NCBI RefSeq assembly: GCF_020745735.1
Contig: NC_083409.1
Coordinates: 19,054,341 to 19,118,340, forward strand
Length of the DNA: 64,000 bases
DNA from: Hemiscyllium ocellatum
Taxonomy: Eukaryota
Direction of reading: 5' to 3'
A model generated the notes under the pieces. The model was not told the DNA's origin. It saw only the letters and a list, made by a program, of their open reading frames with translations, and did no database searches. Positions 26,500 to 39,400 of the stretch are shown here, piece after piece. Made by a program: the position numbers and the translations under genes. Every line of letters begins with the position of its first letter. Position 1 is the stretch's first letter.

Positions 26500-27485
26500 A
26501 GAGATGGACAGCTCAGAAACAGACCCTTCGGTTCAACTTGTCCATACAGACCAGTTATCCGAGATAAAATCTAGTCCCATTTGCCAGCATTTGGTCCATT
26601 TCCACTTAAACCCTTCCTATTCATATACACCACCAGATGCCTTTTAAATAGCGCCATTATGCCAGCTGCCTCCACTTCCTCTGGCAACTCATTCCATGTA
26701 CACACCACCCGCTGCATGAAACAATTACCTGTTACGTATCATTTAAATGTTTCCCCTCTCACCTATGCTCTCTTTTTTGGAATTGCCTTCACCAGGGAAA
26801 AGACTTGTCTATTTACCCTGTCCATACCACTCATAATTTTATAAATCTTTTCACAGTTGCCTCTCAGCCTCTGGTGCTCCAGGGAATGTAACCCCAATCA
26901 ATTCATTCTCTTCCTAGACCAGAAACCCCCCCAACCCTGGCAACACCCTTGTAAATCTTTGCATAACCCTTTCAAGATTCACAACATCCTTCCAAGAGCA
27001 GGGAGTCCAGAATTGCACAGAATATTCTAAAAGAGGCCTGATCAGTGTCTTATTCAGCTGCAACATGACCTCCCAACTCCTGTACTCAATGCTCTGACCA
27101 ATAAAGGCAAACATACCAAACACCACCTTCACTATCCTGTTTACTTGTGACTCCACTTTCAAGGAACTATGAACCTGCACTCCAAGGTCTCTTTGCTCAG
27201 CAACACTCCCCAGGACTTTACCATTGAGTGTATAAGTCCTGCCCTTATTTGCCTTTCCAAAATGCAGTACCTCACATTGATGTAAACTAAACTTCATCTG
27301 CCACTCCTCAGCCCATCTGAACAAGATCCTGTTGTATTCTGAACCTTCCTCACTGTGCACTGCACCTTCAATTTTGGTGTTATCTGCAAACTTACTAACC
27401 ATACTATGTTCCATGTTCACATCCAAATCATTTATGTAAATGACGAAAAGCAGTGAACCCAGCACTGATCCTTGTGGCACACCAC
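26500..27485 (-). mobile_element. CR1-type LINE inserted into an older L2/CR1-group copy
   Basis: 200-aa RT frame SGVPQGSVLG...KFADNTKI...LGVQVH; the interrupted element resumes at ~27490. Confidence 0.85.
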
Positions 27486-27769
27486 TGGTCACAGGCCTCC
27501 TGCTGGGAATGGTCATTGACTGGCAGTTTTGGTCCGAATATTATTTGCCTCTTGCCAGTCCAAACCTACATATTGTCCAGATCTTGTTGCCTTTGAACAT
27601 AACTCCTCAGATATTGAAACAGTCTATGAATGGTACTGAATATTGTGCAACCATCCGCACTTCTGACCTTAAGATGGAAGTAAGGTCATGAACTGAGGAA
27701 CCCCATTTTATTCTGATCCTCGAGGAAGCTCATTTTACTCCAAACTGGAGACACAATGTAATAGCTCTG

Positions 27770-28100
27770 AGCGTTAGCTATGGCTCAGTGGCACTCTTCC
27801 TCAGTCAGCAGAGGGGATTAAGCAAACGCTGAAGTGAAGTCCTGGATGACAGTCCTGGTGCAGTACTGAAGTATTGTTTTCAAAGTGAGGCCCCATTTTC
27901 CCCCTTGGGTGAGTTTTTTTTTAAAAAAAAAGATTTTTAGTGCTACTTTGAAGAGGAGTGAAGTTCTCCCTCATGGTCCTGGTCAATCATGAGTCATTAT
28001 GGCTAAATGCTTACTGAACCATTTGTATAATTTGTGGGAACTTGCTGTGTGAAAGTTTGTTGCAGCTTTTGATGATATTATAATAGTGGCTGTACTTCAA
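27770..28100 (+). mobile_element. Deu-domain SINE (SacSINE1/AmnSINE1 superfamily), decayed
   Basis: gtgcagtactga...gtcctggtcaat...tttgtgggaacttgctgtg...cttcaaa resembles the Deu core; partial copies at ~41700-41890 (+), ~58365-58480 (-) and ~59200-59390 (-). Confidence 0.6.
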
Positions 28101-29233
28101 AGGTTGGGAACAACATGGTACAAGTGAGATAAGTGATATGCTGTTTTTGACAGTTTGAGATTAAGGTGGGTGACTTGAGCATTGGTTACAAAGTATTGTC
28201 CAGCACGAAGACCAAGTTGTTTACAATTCCAACAATGCAACTTCTCTTTTCTTGTGGCACTGACATTGAAGTGTACACTGGATGACTCCTTCCAGTAGCG
28301 CAGACTTGCAACACTGCAATGTGAACTTTTTACCACAGTCTAAAGTCAACATCAAGCTGCTCATTGTCTGACTTCCCTTTGTGCACAGTTTGTGAAGTGT
28401 TGCACTTTGCCAGGGACTGAGAATGGGCATGTGTAAATCAGCTTTTCATCCACAGAGCAAATTTGGAACTGTTCATTTCCTTTGCTTTGTCTTTATAACT
28501 CGACTCAAATGTATCTTCAGTCTGAACTGTTTCACACACCAACATTTCTGTGCATGTTACTTGTCTTTGATGGTGTTAGCCGAGAAACCTGTCAAAATCT
28601 TCCTGCCTGGAGCCATGTGAGGCAGTGATCAGTGGCTAGGTCATATAGCTTTGAAGCACTCATCTGTTAAATTGAGAATGATTTGACCATCCTGAAATGC
28701 TGGGAGCGCTGTATGAATCCATGTCAGCCCCAATATTTATTGTGAGGCTTCCCACAGCGCTGATCTTCAGTTGGCTGCCTGCAGTCGATTAAAGGCAGAA
28801 CATTTTTGGAATTTGACGAAGCAGAGGCTTCTTCGAAGATGCTGTAGGCAAAGTGCTGAACCATGTAATGCAGTGAATAATTCATCATTTCTCAGCCGAG
28901 GTCTTAGGCAAAGGAACATTTCAAACCTTCTTTCAATTTGGGAGCATCGCATGTTACCTTAAAGTTGTATTGTCTGTGCTTTTGGATCTCACTAATGTTA
29001 TTCATTTCAGTTATAATTAAGTTTTAAAGCATTTAGCAGATTTTTGTTTCATTGAACACGCTTTGAGTTCCATCCAATTTTACATAATTCTGAATGGGGG
29101 AAGAATCAGAAGGTCGAAGCATCAAAGTCTTTGTTGAGCAGTTTTAGGGAAGAATAATGGATTGGGAGTGGGTTTGTCTGTGTATTTAGGGTGTGTGCAA
29201 CAGCTGCCATTTCTCCTGTGCTTCTACCCACAG

Positions 29234-29356
29234 ATCTTCATTTCTAATGAAGTTTTGAAGTTATTTGGGTTGAATGAAGAGCAACATCAGAAGACGGCTT
29301 GGCAGAAGTTGAAGAAATTTGGCACCAAACAACGTGATCGGGTGGACCATATTTTG
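29234..29356 (+). CDS. CEP350: CEP350-family exon
   Basis: cacag|ATC...ATTTTG|gtaagt; IFISNEVLKLFGL...WQKLKKFGTKQRDRVDHIL. Confidence 0.94.
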
Positions 29357-29636
29357 GTAAGTGCTTCAGTTTAGGAACTGTTCAGTATTATATTGTACCA
29401 TTGTATCACAATTACGAAACCTCATTGTACATCTGAATTTTCTATTATTTTAAATGACAAAGGCTTTATCTGTCTTTGGCTGACCTGTCTGGCTATCCTG
29501 CATTTGTCCAGAAAATGCTTCAACTTTCTGACTGAATTGAAAACTTGGCCCTCACTGGAGTAATTTGCTGAAATTCATTAGTTGCCACAAAAGTTTCAAA
29601 GAAATTCAGAAGTACATTGAATTCCTCACTCACCTA

Positions 29637-29820
29637 ATGAAAGCAAATTACTGCAGATGCAGGAATCTGAAACCAGAAGAGAAAATGCTGGAAAATCTCA
29701 GCAGGTCTGGCAGCATCTGTAAGGAGAGAAAAGAGTCAGTTAGACTCAAAATGTCAGCTCTTTTCTCTCCTTACAGATGCTGCCAGAACTGCTGAGATTG
29801 TCCAGCATTTTCTTTTTTAG
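29637..29820. mobile_element. Older inverted pLTR mini-element (second family)
   Basis: Imperfect arms ~29680-29736 and ~29759-29813; decayed gactc-AAAA-TG-TC hammerhead half in the loop. Confidence 0.7.
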
Positions 29821-29828
29821 TTCCTCAC

Positions 29829-30144
29829 TTAGATTAGATTAGACTTACAGTGTGGAAACAGGCCCTTCGGCCCAACAAGTCCACACCGACCCGCCGAAGC
29901 GCAACCCACCCATACCCCTACATTTACCCCTTACCTAACACAACGGGCAATTTAGCTTGGCCAATTCACCTGACCCGCACATCTTTGTGACTGTGGGAGG
30001 AAACCGGAGCACCCGGAGGAAACCCATGCAGACACGGGGAGAACGTGCAAACTCCACACAGTCAGTCGCCTGAGTCGGGAATTGAACCCGGGTCTACAGG
30101 CGCTGTGAGGCAGCAGTGCTAACCACTGTGCCACTGTGCCGCCC
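29829..30144 (-). mobile_element. HE1-type SINE, young full-length copy
   Basis: Minus strand gggcggcacagtggcacagtggttagcactgc...acccgggttcaattccc; (TCTAA)3 tail. Confidence 0.9.
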
Positions 30145-32303
30145 ATAAAACCTGTCTTCTAGACCCAATTTTACAGAAAGTACAGGTCAGGGTTTTTTGC
30201 TTAACAAGGGTTACAGTTTGTTACAAAAAAATGCAAACAATTACCAACCACTGGCATTTAACTACTAACTAAAACTAACAACCCCTCCCACATGCATTCC
30301 TCATTACACATACACAGACAGAAAAACAGGGACAAAGTGCACTGGGTGTTTTGCATCAAGAGAAAGACTGGGAACGTACTTCCATGGGACCTATTGATGG
30401 CTTTTCCTGAGATAATCCTTGTGCTGATCAGAATGATGTTCCTTGATCTTCCTTCTCCAGATGCTTCCATTGGTTTTCAGGAGGCACAGGGTGACTAGTT
30501 CACACGTGTACAAGTCTGTAACTTATCAATTAATAGCCACAGCTTACAGCAAGTGCTGAAGGGAAAAGAAGCTGGTTTTCTTCAGGCTTTTTACTGCAGA
30601 GACAGATCCTTAACTTGTGGAGATCTGGTGATTTCTCAATTCACTTGTATACAGCCTCGGCTGAACAGTTACCTGGGAGACAATCTCCGTTTTTGTCCGA
30701 AGGATATTTGTCTGTGACCTAGTGACTAGGTAGCTACTTACTATTGACTGAAGCTCCCGTTGAACACAGCCTTTGGCTCGAGCTTGTTTGAAAGTGACTA
30801 GCACTTAGTGTGTGTCAGGGAACTTGCTAATGAAAAGTGCCAGCAATCCCTGAACAATCCTTGGGGTTTAAAATTGCTTTATCCCCATTTGAGTCCAAAA
30901 TCAAAAGTATAGAAAAATTAGAAGACAGTTTTTGCAGACCTTTCCAGTCCTCCCCATGTGTTGGTGTGTCACAGCACAACATGTGTCAGCAGATTGATGA
31001 GTTTAACAGGTCTGTAAGAACACCGTTATCTTCAGGCCACACCACCACCTTGACTTGGTCAGATATCACCTTTCCTTTTATATTTACATGGTTAATCTCC
31101 TGGAATCCCTGAGCTTGCAGTGCTGTGGGAGTACCTTCAACACGCAGGCTGTAGCACTTCAAGACATCTTTCCAAAGAAAAATGGGGGGCAGCATGCATC
31201 CCAACACTGAAGTTTTAAAAAATTGGGTGCTTGGTATGCCAAAAAATTCAAATAATTGCTTTTTTTCCTTCTTTGGATCAAACATTTCCAGCTGATAGTG
31301 TGCGTCCATTAGGCAAGGGTTGGGAGTCTCTGCTCTGCACCAGCTCAAGTAGTGATACCGTCAGGCCACAGCTACACCAGGGCAGAGGGCCAGCCTAAAG
31401 TTAAAACGTGTAATTCAGTTACACTCACCAGCTCTTTCCTTGTGGTGTGTATTCCTTTCTGGTTGTGCATACTGAGTAAAACATCTTCACTCGTTCATTA
31501 TATTACTGGCAATATTGGTGATTGATCTCACTGGTTTGAGGAGTTGTGGCATTGGAATCAAATTCAAAACCAGGTAGGAACAGGATTAAGCCAACAGCAC
31601 CCTTCAGTCTGTTCTCGTACTCCTCATCATAGCTGATTTGTATCTTAACTCTGTATATTGATTTCCTAATTGTTCTGAACTGTCACTTGACCTTACAAAT
31701 ATCTCTCAACACTCGTATTGAAATGCTGTAACAGTCACAATAGTTTTTAAGGCTGGAAGGAACCAGATTATTTTAGTATTGATGGTGTGACTAAAGGCTT
31801 CTTCACATCACCCCCTAATCAACCTAAGTCTTATTTTCCTGCATGCCCTATTTCTGGCATGCCTCGTTAAAGGAACTAGTTTCTCACTTCCTTCGCTGTC
31901 AAATCGTTTAATCATCTCAGTCACTTCTATAGATCCATCCCCTAGTCATCTTTACTCAAGGCAATGCAGGCCTCGTTTATTAAATAAAAGTAAAAAATGC
32001 TGGAAATATTCAGGTCAGACCTAATTTATGTAGCCAGTCCTTAACCTTCTCAGCCTTGGTATTGTTTTGTCCAAGAATAATTAGTGACTCTCCATTGATC
32101 TCGTAGCGAGCCCTCCAGAACTCCTGTCCAAGCTCCACTTGCTGTGTGGGAATGGCCACTTGTGTGATACTGGGCACAAGGAAAGTGGGAGGCCTGCAGT
32201 CTGAGTGATTTCAGGGCAAACGCTGCTCAGTACGAGAGGAAAGAGCTGTAACAAATAAATCTTGATATAAAAACAATAACACCCCCTCTGTTTTTTCTGG
32301 CAG

Positions 32304-32468
32304 GTTCAAGAGCTTTATGAGGAGGAAGCCCAATGGGTGAATTATGATGAGGATGAGCTTTGTGTGAAGATGCAGTTGGCAGATTATATTTTTGAAGCTC
32401 TGATAAAAGACACAGTCAATGTACTGAATCAGATTCAGGGGAAACAGTTAAAACTCATGTTATCCTAA
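32304..32468 (+). CDS. CEP350: CEP350-family terminal coding exon
   Basis: ggcag|GTT...TCCTAA; VQELYEEEAQWVNYDEDELCVKMQLADYIFEALIKDTVNVLNQIQGKQLKLMLS*, matching the CEP350 C-terminus; missed by the ORF track. Confidence 0.95.
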   Translation, partial: VQELYEEEAQWVNYDEDELCVKMQLADYIFEALIKDTVNVLNQIQGKQLKLMLS

Positions 32469-33130
32469 CATGGGCCATGCCATCGGCCAACTTGTGGACT
32501 CCAGAAAAAAACCAAACCTCATGCCCCGAGCGGAAGAGAATCCACCTCGGCCTCTAAACCCCTCTCTCTGATTACGTTTTGACATCTGGCATAGAATTTC
32601 CTCAATAAGTAGTTGGTTTGGGATATCAATCCTTCCTGGAGTCAGCCGACTGGCAGGATGTGGATACCAGAAGTGCCAATCTTTTTCCCGACCTATTTAT
32701 AGATAACCTAATCCCATTTATTTATCCAAACAATAGCATAGACTTGAATTCAAAGACTTTTGCACATTCAATTTTGTTTTTGTATTTACACCAACATTTA
32801 CCTTTTTAAAAAGTATATCTAGTGGTGTGATGATATGTGTTTGGTGTATGTTAGCTCTGAGACTCTGAACAATGGCTGATACCAGACACTGAATACTCCC
32901 TCTGAGTGAGGAGGACTATATCTGCATGACTGAAGTGGAAGGCAGAAGTATTGAGGATTTTAAATACTTGCACTTACTTCATTATGATAAGTCTTGATTT
33001 TATTTTTTGATTTTAAATTATTTCAGAAAGGACAATTGATTTTTATTCATTTAAAGGGACTGTATTTTTGATATTCATTTTCAGGAAAAAGTTACAAACT
33101 TTGAGCAGATTTTGAGATCACTTGCACTGA

Positions 33131-33330
33131 TTCAGAACTTCAGAACTCTCTCTCTCTCCGTCTCTCTCTCTCTGTCTCTCCATCTCTCTCCTTCAGAACT
33201 TTCTCTGTCTCTCTCTCTCTCTCTCTTTCAGAACTCTCTCTCTCCTTCAGAACTCTCTTTCTCCTTCAGAACTCTCTTGCTCTCTCTCTCTAGCTCTCTC
33301 TCTCTCTCTTGCTCTCGCTCTCTTTCTCCA
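33131..33330 (+). repeat. Compound (CT)n microsatellite punctuated by TTCAGAACT
   Basis: Six TTCAGAACT units separated by CT runs of variable length. Confidence 0.85.
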
Positions 33331-33424
33331 TACGACAGGAACATCTTTTTCTCCCTCCTTTTTTGCCACTCCTGATCATTTCTGTTGCATGGTGCTTCTG
33401 TCTGTTAATTTTCCCTAATGTTCC

Positions 33425-36400
33425 TTTTTTTAGTGAATATTTATTGAAAAAATATTATATTATAATACAGTAATGTTGTCAATAAACTAACAACTGTTGT
33501 TCAAGAGTTGTCTCATATTTGCTGAACTTAAATCAAATCAGCACAAACTCAAATTAAATAAAATAACATGAAATTTAATTATAATCCACTAAAATTAAAT
33601 TGCACGACATTGTACTATATTACATGACTCCACTCGCCGCACCCTCCATCAAGGCTCCCGTCCACAGGAGCAACAGTGATTATACCTGTATTTACTAAAA
33701 CTCCCCTCCCTCCCACCCACCAAAACCCCTGGGTCCCCGGACTACCACATACAGCCCTCGTGCCTATATAAAGGCCCTAATCAGTACTGCTGACAGTTTC
33801 ATGTTGATGTAATTTAGAAAGGGCCGCCATGCCTTATAAAATTGCTCTGTTCCGTGGTTCCCCATACTGTCAGGTAATCTTGTGGGACGTGCTCCATCAC
33901 AAGTCTGTGCCACCCTGCAAGACCTGCAGGCTTTGCTGATATTCAATTCATTAGGATGTCCTTCCTCACACAATGTGTAAGAATGTTGAATAACCTCTTC
34001 CCGTACTCACCCAAAGAGGGAAGTTTCAGTCGTCCCAAAAGGGGGGACACCAGATCCTCCCAAACTTCCATTCCCAGGATTGTCTCCAGCTCATTCACTA
34101 TGGCCCCCCAGGATCCCGGATCTTGTAACAGGACCAAAAGCAATGTGGAATCCCTAACCTGGAAATATCGGAAATGGTCCCAATCAGTGATTCCCTATTT
34201 CTGACCTAAATGGCTAAAAGACATCACGACATCTCCCTCAAATAAATCTCCCAGACAGGGGATTACTTTACGTTCCCATGCTCTGAAGCCGGAGTCCTTT
34301 GATCCCAGTCTAAATCCTGGGGGTCCCACTAACGGGTTGAACGGCAAATTGCCCCCACCCTGCCACATTATTCTCCATGCTTTACTGTATTTATGATAAT
34401 CAGACTTCCACAATGCACACCTACCGATCTCATCTTATCCATGAACAGTAAGTTTCTGAAGGGATACCTCGCCTGCGAGGCCTCTACATCAAGCCACATC
34501 GTCTTTGAGTCATTACGCACCCATTCACCTACATATAGCAACAGGGTGCCAATTTGACATCTCTTCTGATCTGGGAGGTCCACCACCCCCTCTTATCCTG
34601 CGGAAGTTGCAACTTGGTAAATTTAATTAAGTTGTGCTGACAGTGCCAAATAAATGATCCAAGCCATTCCGCAAACCCCCGCAGCACCTGGTTGGGTAAT
34701 AACAAAGGGAGAATCCTCACAGGATACAACAACCAAGGAACAACATTCACTTTAATCAAGGCTACACGGCTGAGCCATGATCTGGGTATTCCCTCCCATC
34801 GCTGCAAGTCCTGCTTTACCCTCTCAAACAGCGACACAAGGTTAGCTCCATACAGTTGTGGGAAGTGAGGGGTAATAAAAATTCCCAGATAGGGAAAACC
34901 TTTCTGTGACCATCTAAAAGGAAACTCCATTCCGTCCTCCAGTTTCAGTACCTGCACCAATCCCCCACAGGCAGGACTTCCGATTTTGGAAAATTTATTC
35001 TGTATCGCAAAAAGCTGTCGAATAATTTAATGCTTTGTATTAGCTGGGGTAAGGGCTTTTCGGGGTTAGCTACAAACAGAAGGACATTGTCCACATTGAG
35101 AGTGATTTTTGTTTCCCCAACTCCTACCTTCGGTGCCGTTATTTCAGGGTCTTTTCAGACAGTCCCTGCCAGTGGTTCAAGTATCAAGGTAAACAGTAGC
35201 AGTAACAGGGGACATCCCTGTCGGCTGCCCCTCCCCACACCAAAGTTCCTCAATTTAACCCCATTCGTGATAACCGCCACTTTGGGGTCTTTATATAACA
35301 CCGCCACCCACCTGGCGAAGGCCCCGCCCACACCAAAACGATCGAGAACAGCAAAGAGATACGAGCGTTTTTTCCCACCCAATTAAAAGCCTTTTCTGCC
35401 TCCAGGGAGACCAGCAAACCCGGAATCATTCTCTGCTGACATAGTTGAACTATGTGCAATACCCGCCTGATATTGTTGGAGGAGCTGCGGCCTGTGATAA
35501 AACCCATCTGCTCCTCTTTTATAAAAACAGGCAGCACCTTCTCCAGTCTCAGAACTGACACCTTTGATAGAATTTTGAAATCCACATTCAACAACGAGGT
35601 GGGTCTATACAATGCACAATCCTCAGGGTCTTTCCCTTTGTTTAAAGTAAGGGAGATATTAGCCTCTGTAAGAGAAGGTGGAAGACAGCCCTGGCCATAG
35701 GGATGACTATACAGCTCCAGCAGTGGTTCAGCTACATGCGTATGAACTCCTTGTAAAATCCACATGGGAATCTGTCTGGACCAGGTACTGTACCACCTTG
35801 GAGCTGCCTTAACGCCTCTTGCACCTCCTGTACTGTCAGAGGGAGGCCTGATCTGCATTTATACCAGGGAAGGCCAAGTTTTCAAAAAAAGGATTCCATT
35901 CTCACTTCTCCATCCCCACAGCCCTCTGACCGGTGTAACCCGGCATAGAACGCCCGGAATCTGGCATCGATTTTCTTCAGTTCACGAGTGACATTGCCAG
36001 TTCTCTCCCTGATAAACACAATGGACTGCGGAGCACTTTCCTTCCTAGCCAGGTAAACCAGGGATCTACCTCACTTATCCCATATTCAAACAGCCTTTGC
36101 TTTGCAAAGGACACCCCTCTCTTTTCCACTTGTGTGAGCGCTGAGTCCAGAGCAGCCCGGAGAGCCATGACCCGTTGTAATCTGATCCCAGGTGGTCTGG
36201 GGTAATATGCCGATTTGGCTGCCTTCAGCCGGGCCTCAAGTATCAGCTGCTGCTGTCCTCTCTGCCTCCTTCTCATTGTCAAGTGTGAAATAATCAAACC
36301 CCTTAAGAATGCTTTGGTGGTCACCCAGAGCACTGATGGGTTACTGGCCATAGCCCAATTGATGTCCCAAAATACCTTGAACTCCCTTGTGATACGCTGT

Positions 36401-39400
36401 ACAGAGTTGACATCCTTCAACAGAAATGGATTTGTGCGACATTGTTGTGTGTCTACTCCACTACCTTTGGTCTTAACACCTAAATATACTGCCAGATGGT
36501 TCGAAATAGTTACGTCCCCAATCCTGCAGGCTAACACCAAGTCCAAACAAGCCGATGGAACAAAGAACATTTCAATTCTTGTGTGGCACTTGGGCAGGTT
36601 GGAGTAAAAGGTAAAGTCCCTCCCATTTGGGTGGGGGCACCTCCACACATCCACCAATCTCAACTCCTCACACAAGTCCACTAACTGCCTAGTCTGCAGA
36701 GGTGTACCCGACAGCCCCCTTTGCATCCTGTCCACCCCAGGGTCCATGAGACATAGGTCTCCTCCTATAAACATACAGCGCACCCCAAGAGCCATTAACT
36801 TAAAGACTGCATTAATTAAAAATTTGAGAGGATGTGCCGCGGGACAGTAAACGTTCAGGATGCCATACTCTTCTCTTTGTACCACAGCCTTGAGAATAAT
36901 GAACCATCCATGCTCATCCTTGGTTTGATCGATCACCTGAAATGGGAGGTTCCTTCGTACCAATATGGCCACTCCTCTGCATTTGGAGTTGAAAGAGGAG
37001 AAGAATACCCTATCATATCCCCCCCCCCTGTTGTAACTTCAGATGTTCCCTGTCAGTCAAAAGCATATCTTGCAGTGGAGCGATGTCAACCCTTCCCTTT
37101 TTAAGATTTGTGAGCACCTTTTTCCTTTTAATGGGGGAATGACTCCCCGTTATATTCCAGGTGCACCACCTGAACAGATCACTAGCCATGACCCCACACT
37201 GCAGCCCGCAGTCCCCCCGAGAGGAAGGAGCCCATTCAATATGCAACGAGTGGGAAAGAAACAACACAGACTTTATCAAATCTTAAGCCAATTTCGACAA
37301 ACACCACCAAAACAACTTAAGACTAAAATTGGGGCCTTGAAGACAGATATAGGGGAATATATTACGGAGAACAAAGAAATGGCAGAAGAATTGAATTGGT
37401 ACTACAGATCAGTGTTCACTGGGGAAGACACAAACAATCTCCCTGAGGTAACAGTGGCTGAAGGACCTGAACTTAAGGGAATTTACATTTGCCAGGAATT
37501 GGTGTTGGAGAGACTGTTAGGTCTGAAGGTTGATAAGTCCCCGGGGTCTGATGGTCTACATCCCAGGGTACTGAAGGAAGTGGCTCGAGAAATTGTGGAA
37601 GCGTTGGTGATTATTTTCCAGTTTTCGATAGATTCAGGATCAGTTCCTGCGGATTGGAGGGTGGCTAATGTTGTACCACTTTTTAAGAAAGGTGGGAGAG
37701 AGAAAGCAGGAGATTATTGACAAGTTAGTCTGACCTCAGTGGTGGGAAAGATGCTGGAGTCTATTGCACAGGATGAAATTACGAAACATCTGGATAGTAA
37801 TAACAGGATAGGTCATAGTCAGCATGGATTTATGAAGGGGAAATCATGCTTGACTAATCTTCTGGAATTTTTTGAGGATGTAACTCTGAAGATGGACGAG
37901 GGAGATGCAGTAGATATAGTGTACCTGGACTTTCAGAAAGCTTTTGATAAAGTCCCACATAGGAGGTTAGTGAGCAAAATTAGGGTGCATGGAATTCAGG
38001 GCAAAGTACTAACTTGGATTGAAAGTTGGTTGGACGACAGGAGACAAAGAGTAGTGATAGATGGCCCAAATTTGGAATGGCAGGCAGTGACCAGTGGGGT
38101 ACCGCAGGGATCAGTGCTGGGACTGCAGGTTTTCACAATTTATATTAATGATATAGAAGATGGTATCAGTCATAACATTAGCAAATTTGCTGATGATGCT
38201 TACCTGTGTGGCACAGTGAAATGTGAGGAGTATGTTAGGAGATTACAGGGTGACCTGGACAGGTTAGGTGAGACAGGTTAGGTCAGATGCATGGCAGATG
38301 CAGTTCAATGTGGATAAATGTATGGTCATCCACTTTGGTGGCAAGAACAGGAAGGCAAATGGAATCGATTTAGGTAAAGGGGCAGTACAAAGAGATCTGG
38401 GTGTTCTTGTACACCTGTCAATGAAGGTAAGCATGCAGGTACAGCAGGTAGTGAAGAAGGCTAATAGCATGCTGGCCTTCATAACAAGAGGGATTGAGTA
38501 TTGAAGCAAAGATGTTCTTCTGCAGCTGTACAGGGCCCTAGTGAGAACACACCTGGAGTATTTTGTGCAGTTCTGGTCTGCAAACTTGAGGAAAGACATT
38601 CTGGCTATTGAGGGAGTGCAGCGTAGGTTCACGAGGTCAATTCCTGGAATGGCAGGACTACCTTACGCTGAAAGACTGGAGCGACTGGGCTTGTATACCC
38701 TTGAATTTAGAAGGCTGAGAGGGGATCTGATTGAGACATATAAGATTATGAAAGGATTGGATACTCTGGAGGCAGGAAACATGTTTCCGCTGATGGGTGA
38801 GTGCCAAACCAGAGGACACAGCTTAAAATTACGGGGTAGACCATTTAGGACAGAGATGAGGAGAAACTTCTTCACCCAGAGAGTGGTGGCTGTGTGGAAT
38901 GCTCTACCCCAGAGGGCAGTGGAGTCCCAGTCTCTGGATTCGTTTAAGAAAGAGTTGGATAGAGCTCTCAAGGATAGTGGAATCAAGGGTTATGGAGATA
39001 AGGCAGGAACAGGATACTGATTAAGGATGATCAGCCATGGTCATATTGAATGGTGGTGCAGGTTCGAAGGGCAGAATGGCCTACTCCTGCACCTATTGTC
39101 TATTGTCTATTGTCTAAAAATCTAACCACTACTCCTAATGTCAACAAATAAACACAAAAAACACAAATTTCCAGAGATCCACCCCTTGACCATAGGGGCT
39201 ATTCACTCCCAACCTCACAACCATCCCAGAACCTTCCAGTTAAGGCCGCGCCCCAAACCCAAGCAAAGGAAAAAAATAACATATTATTTCCACTCCGACA
39301 AGTTAACAACGGACACCCATCCCTCCCCCTCCTCATCTCAACCCCACACATCTTTACATCAAAGGATTAACCACCCTCACCCAGCAAATCAGAACAATAG

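Noticed and set aside
30090-30144. tRNA-like A/B box sequences at SINE heads
   Set aside because: They continue into SINE bodies and do not form a full cloverleaf, so they are not tRNA genes
30150-30930. Possible solo LTR in the last intron
   Set aside because: Could not define TG...CA termini or a TSD
33131-33330. CRISPR-like repeat-spacer array
   Set aside because: Eukaryotic DNA; the spacers are CT runs and the repeat is only 9 bp
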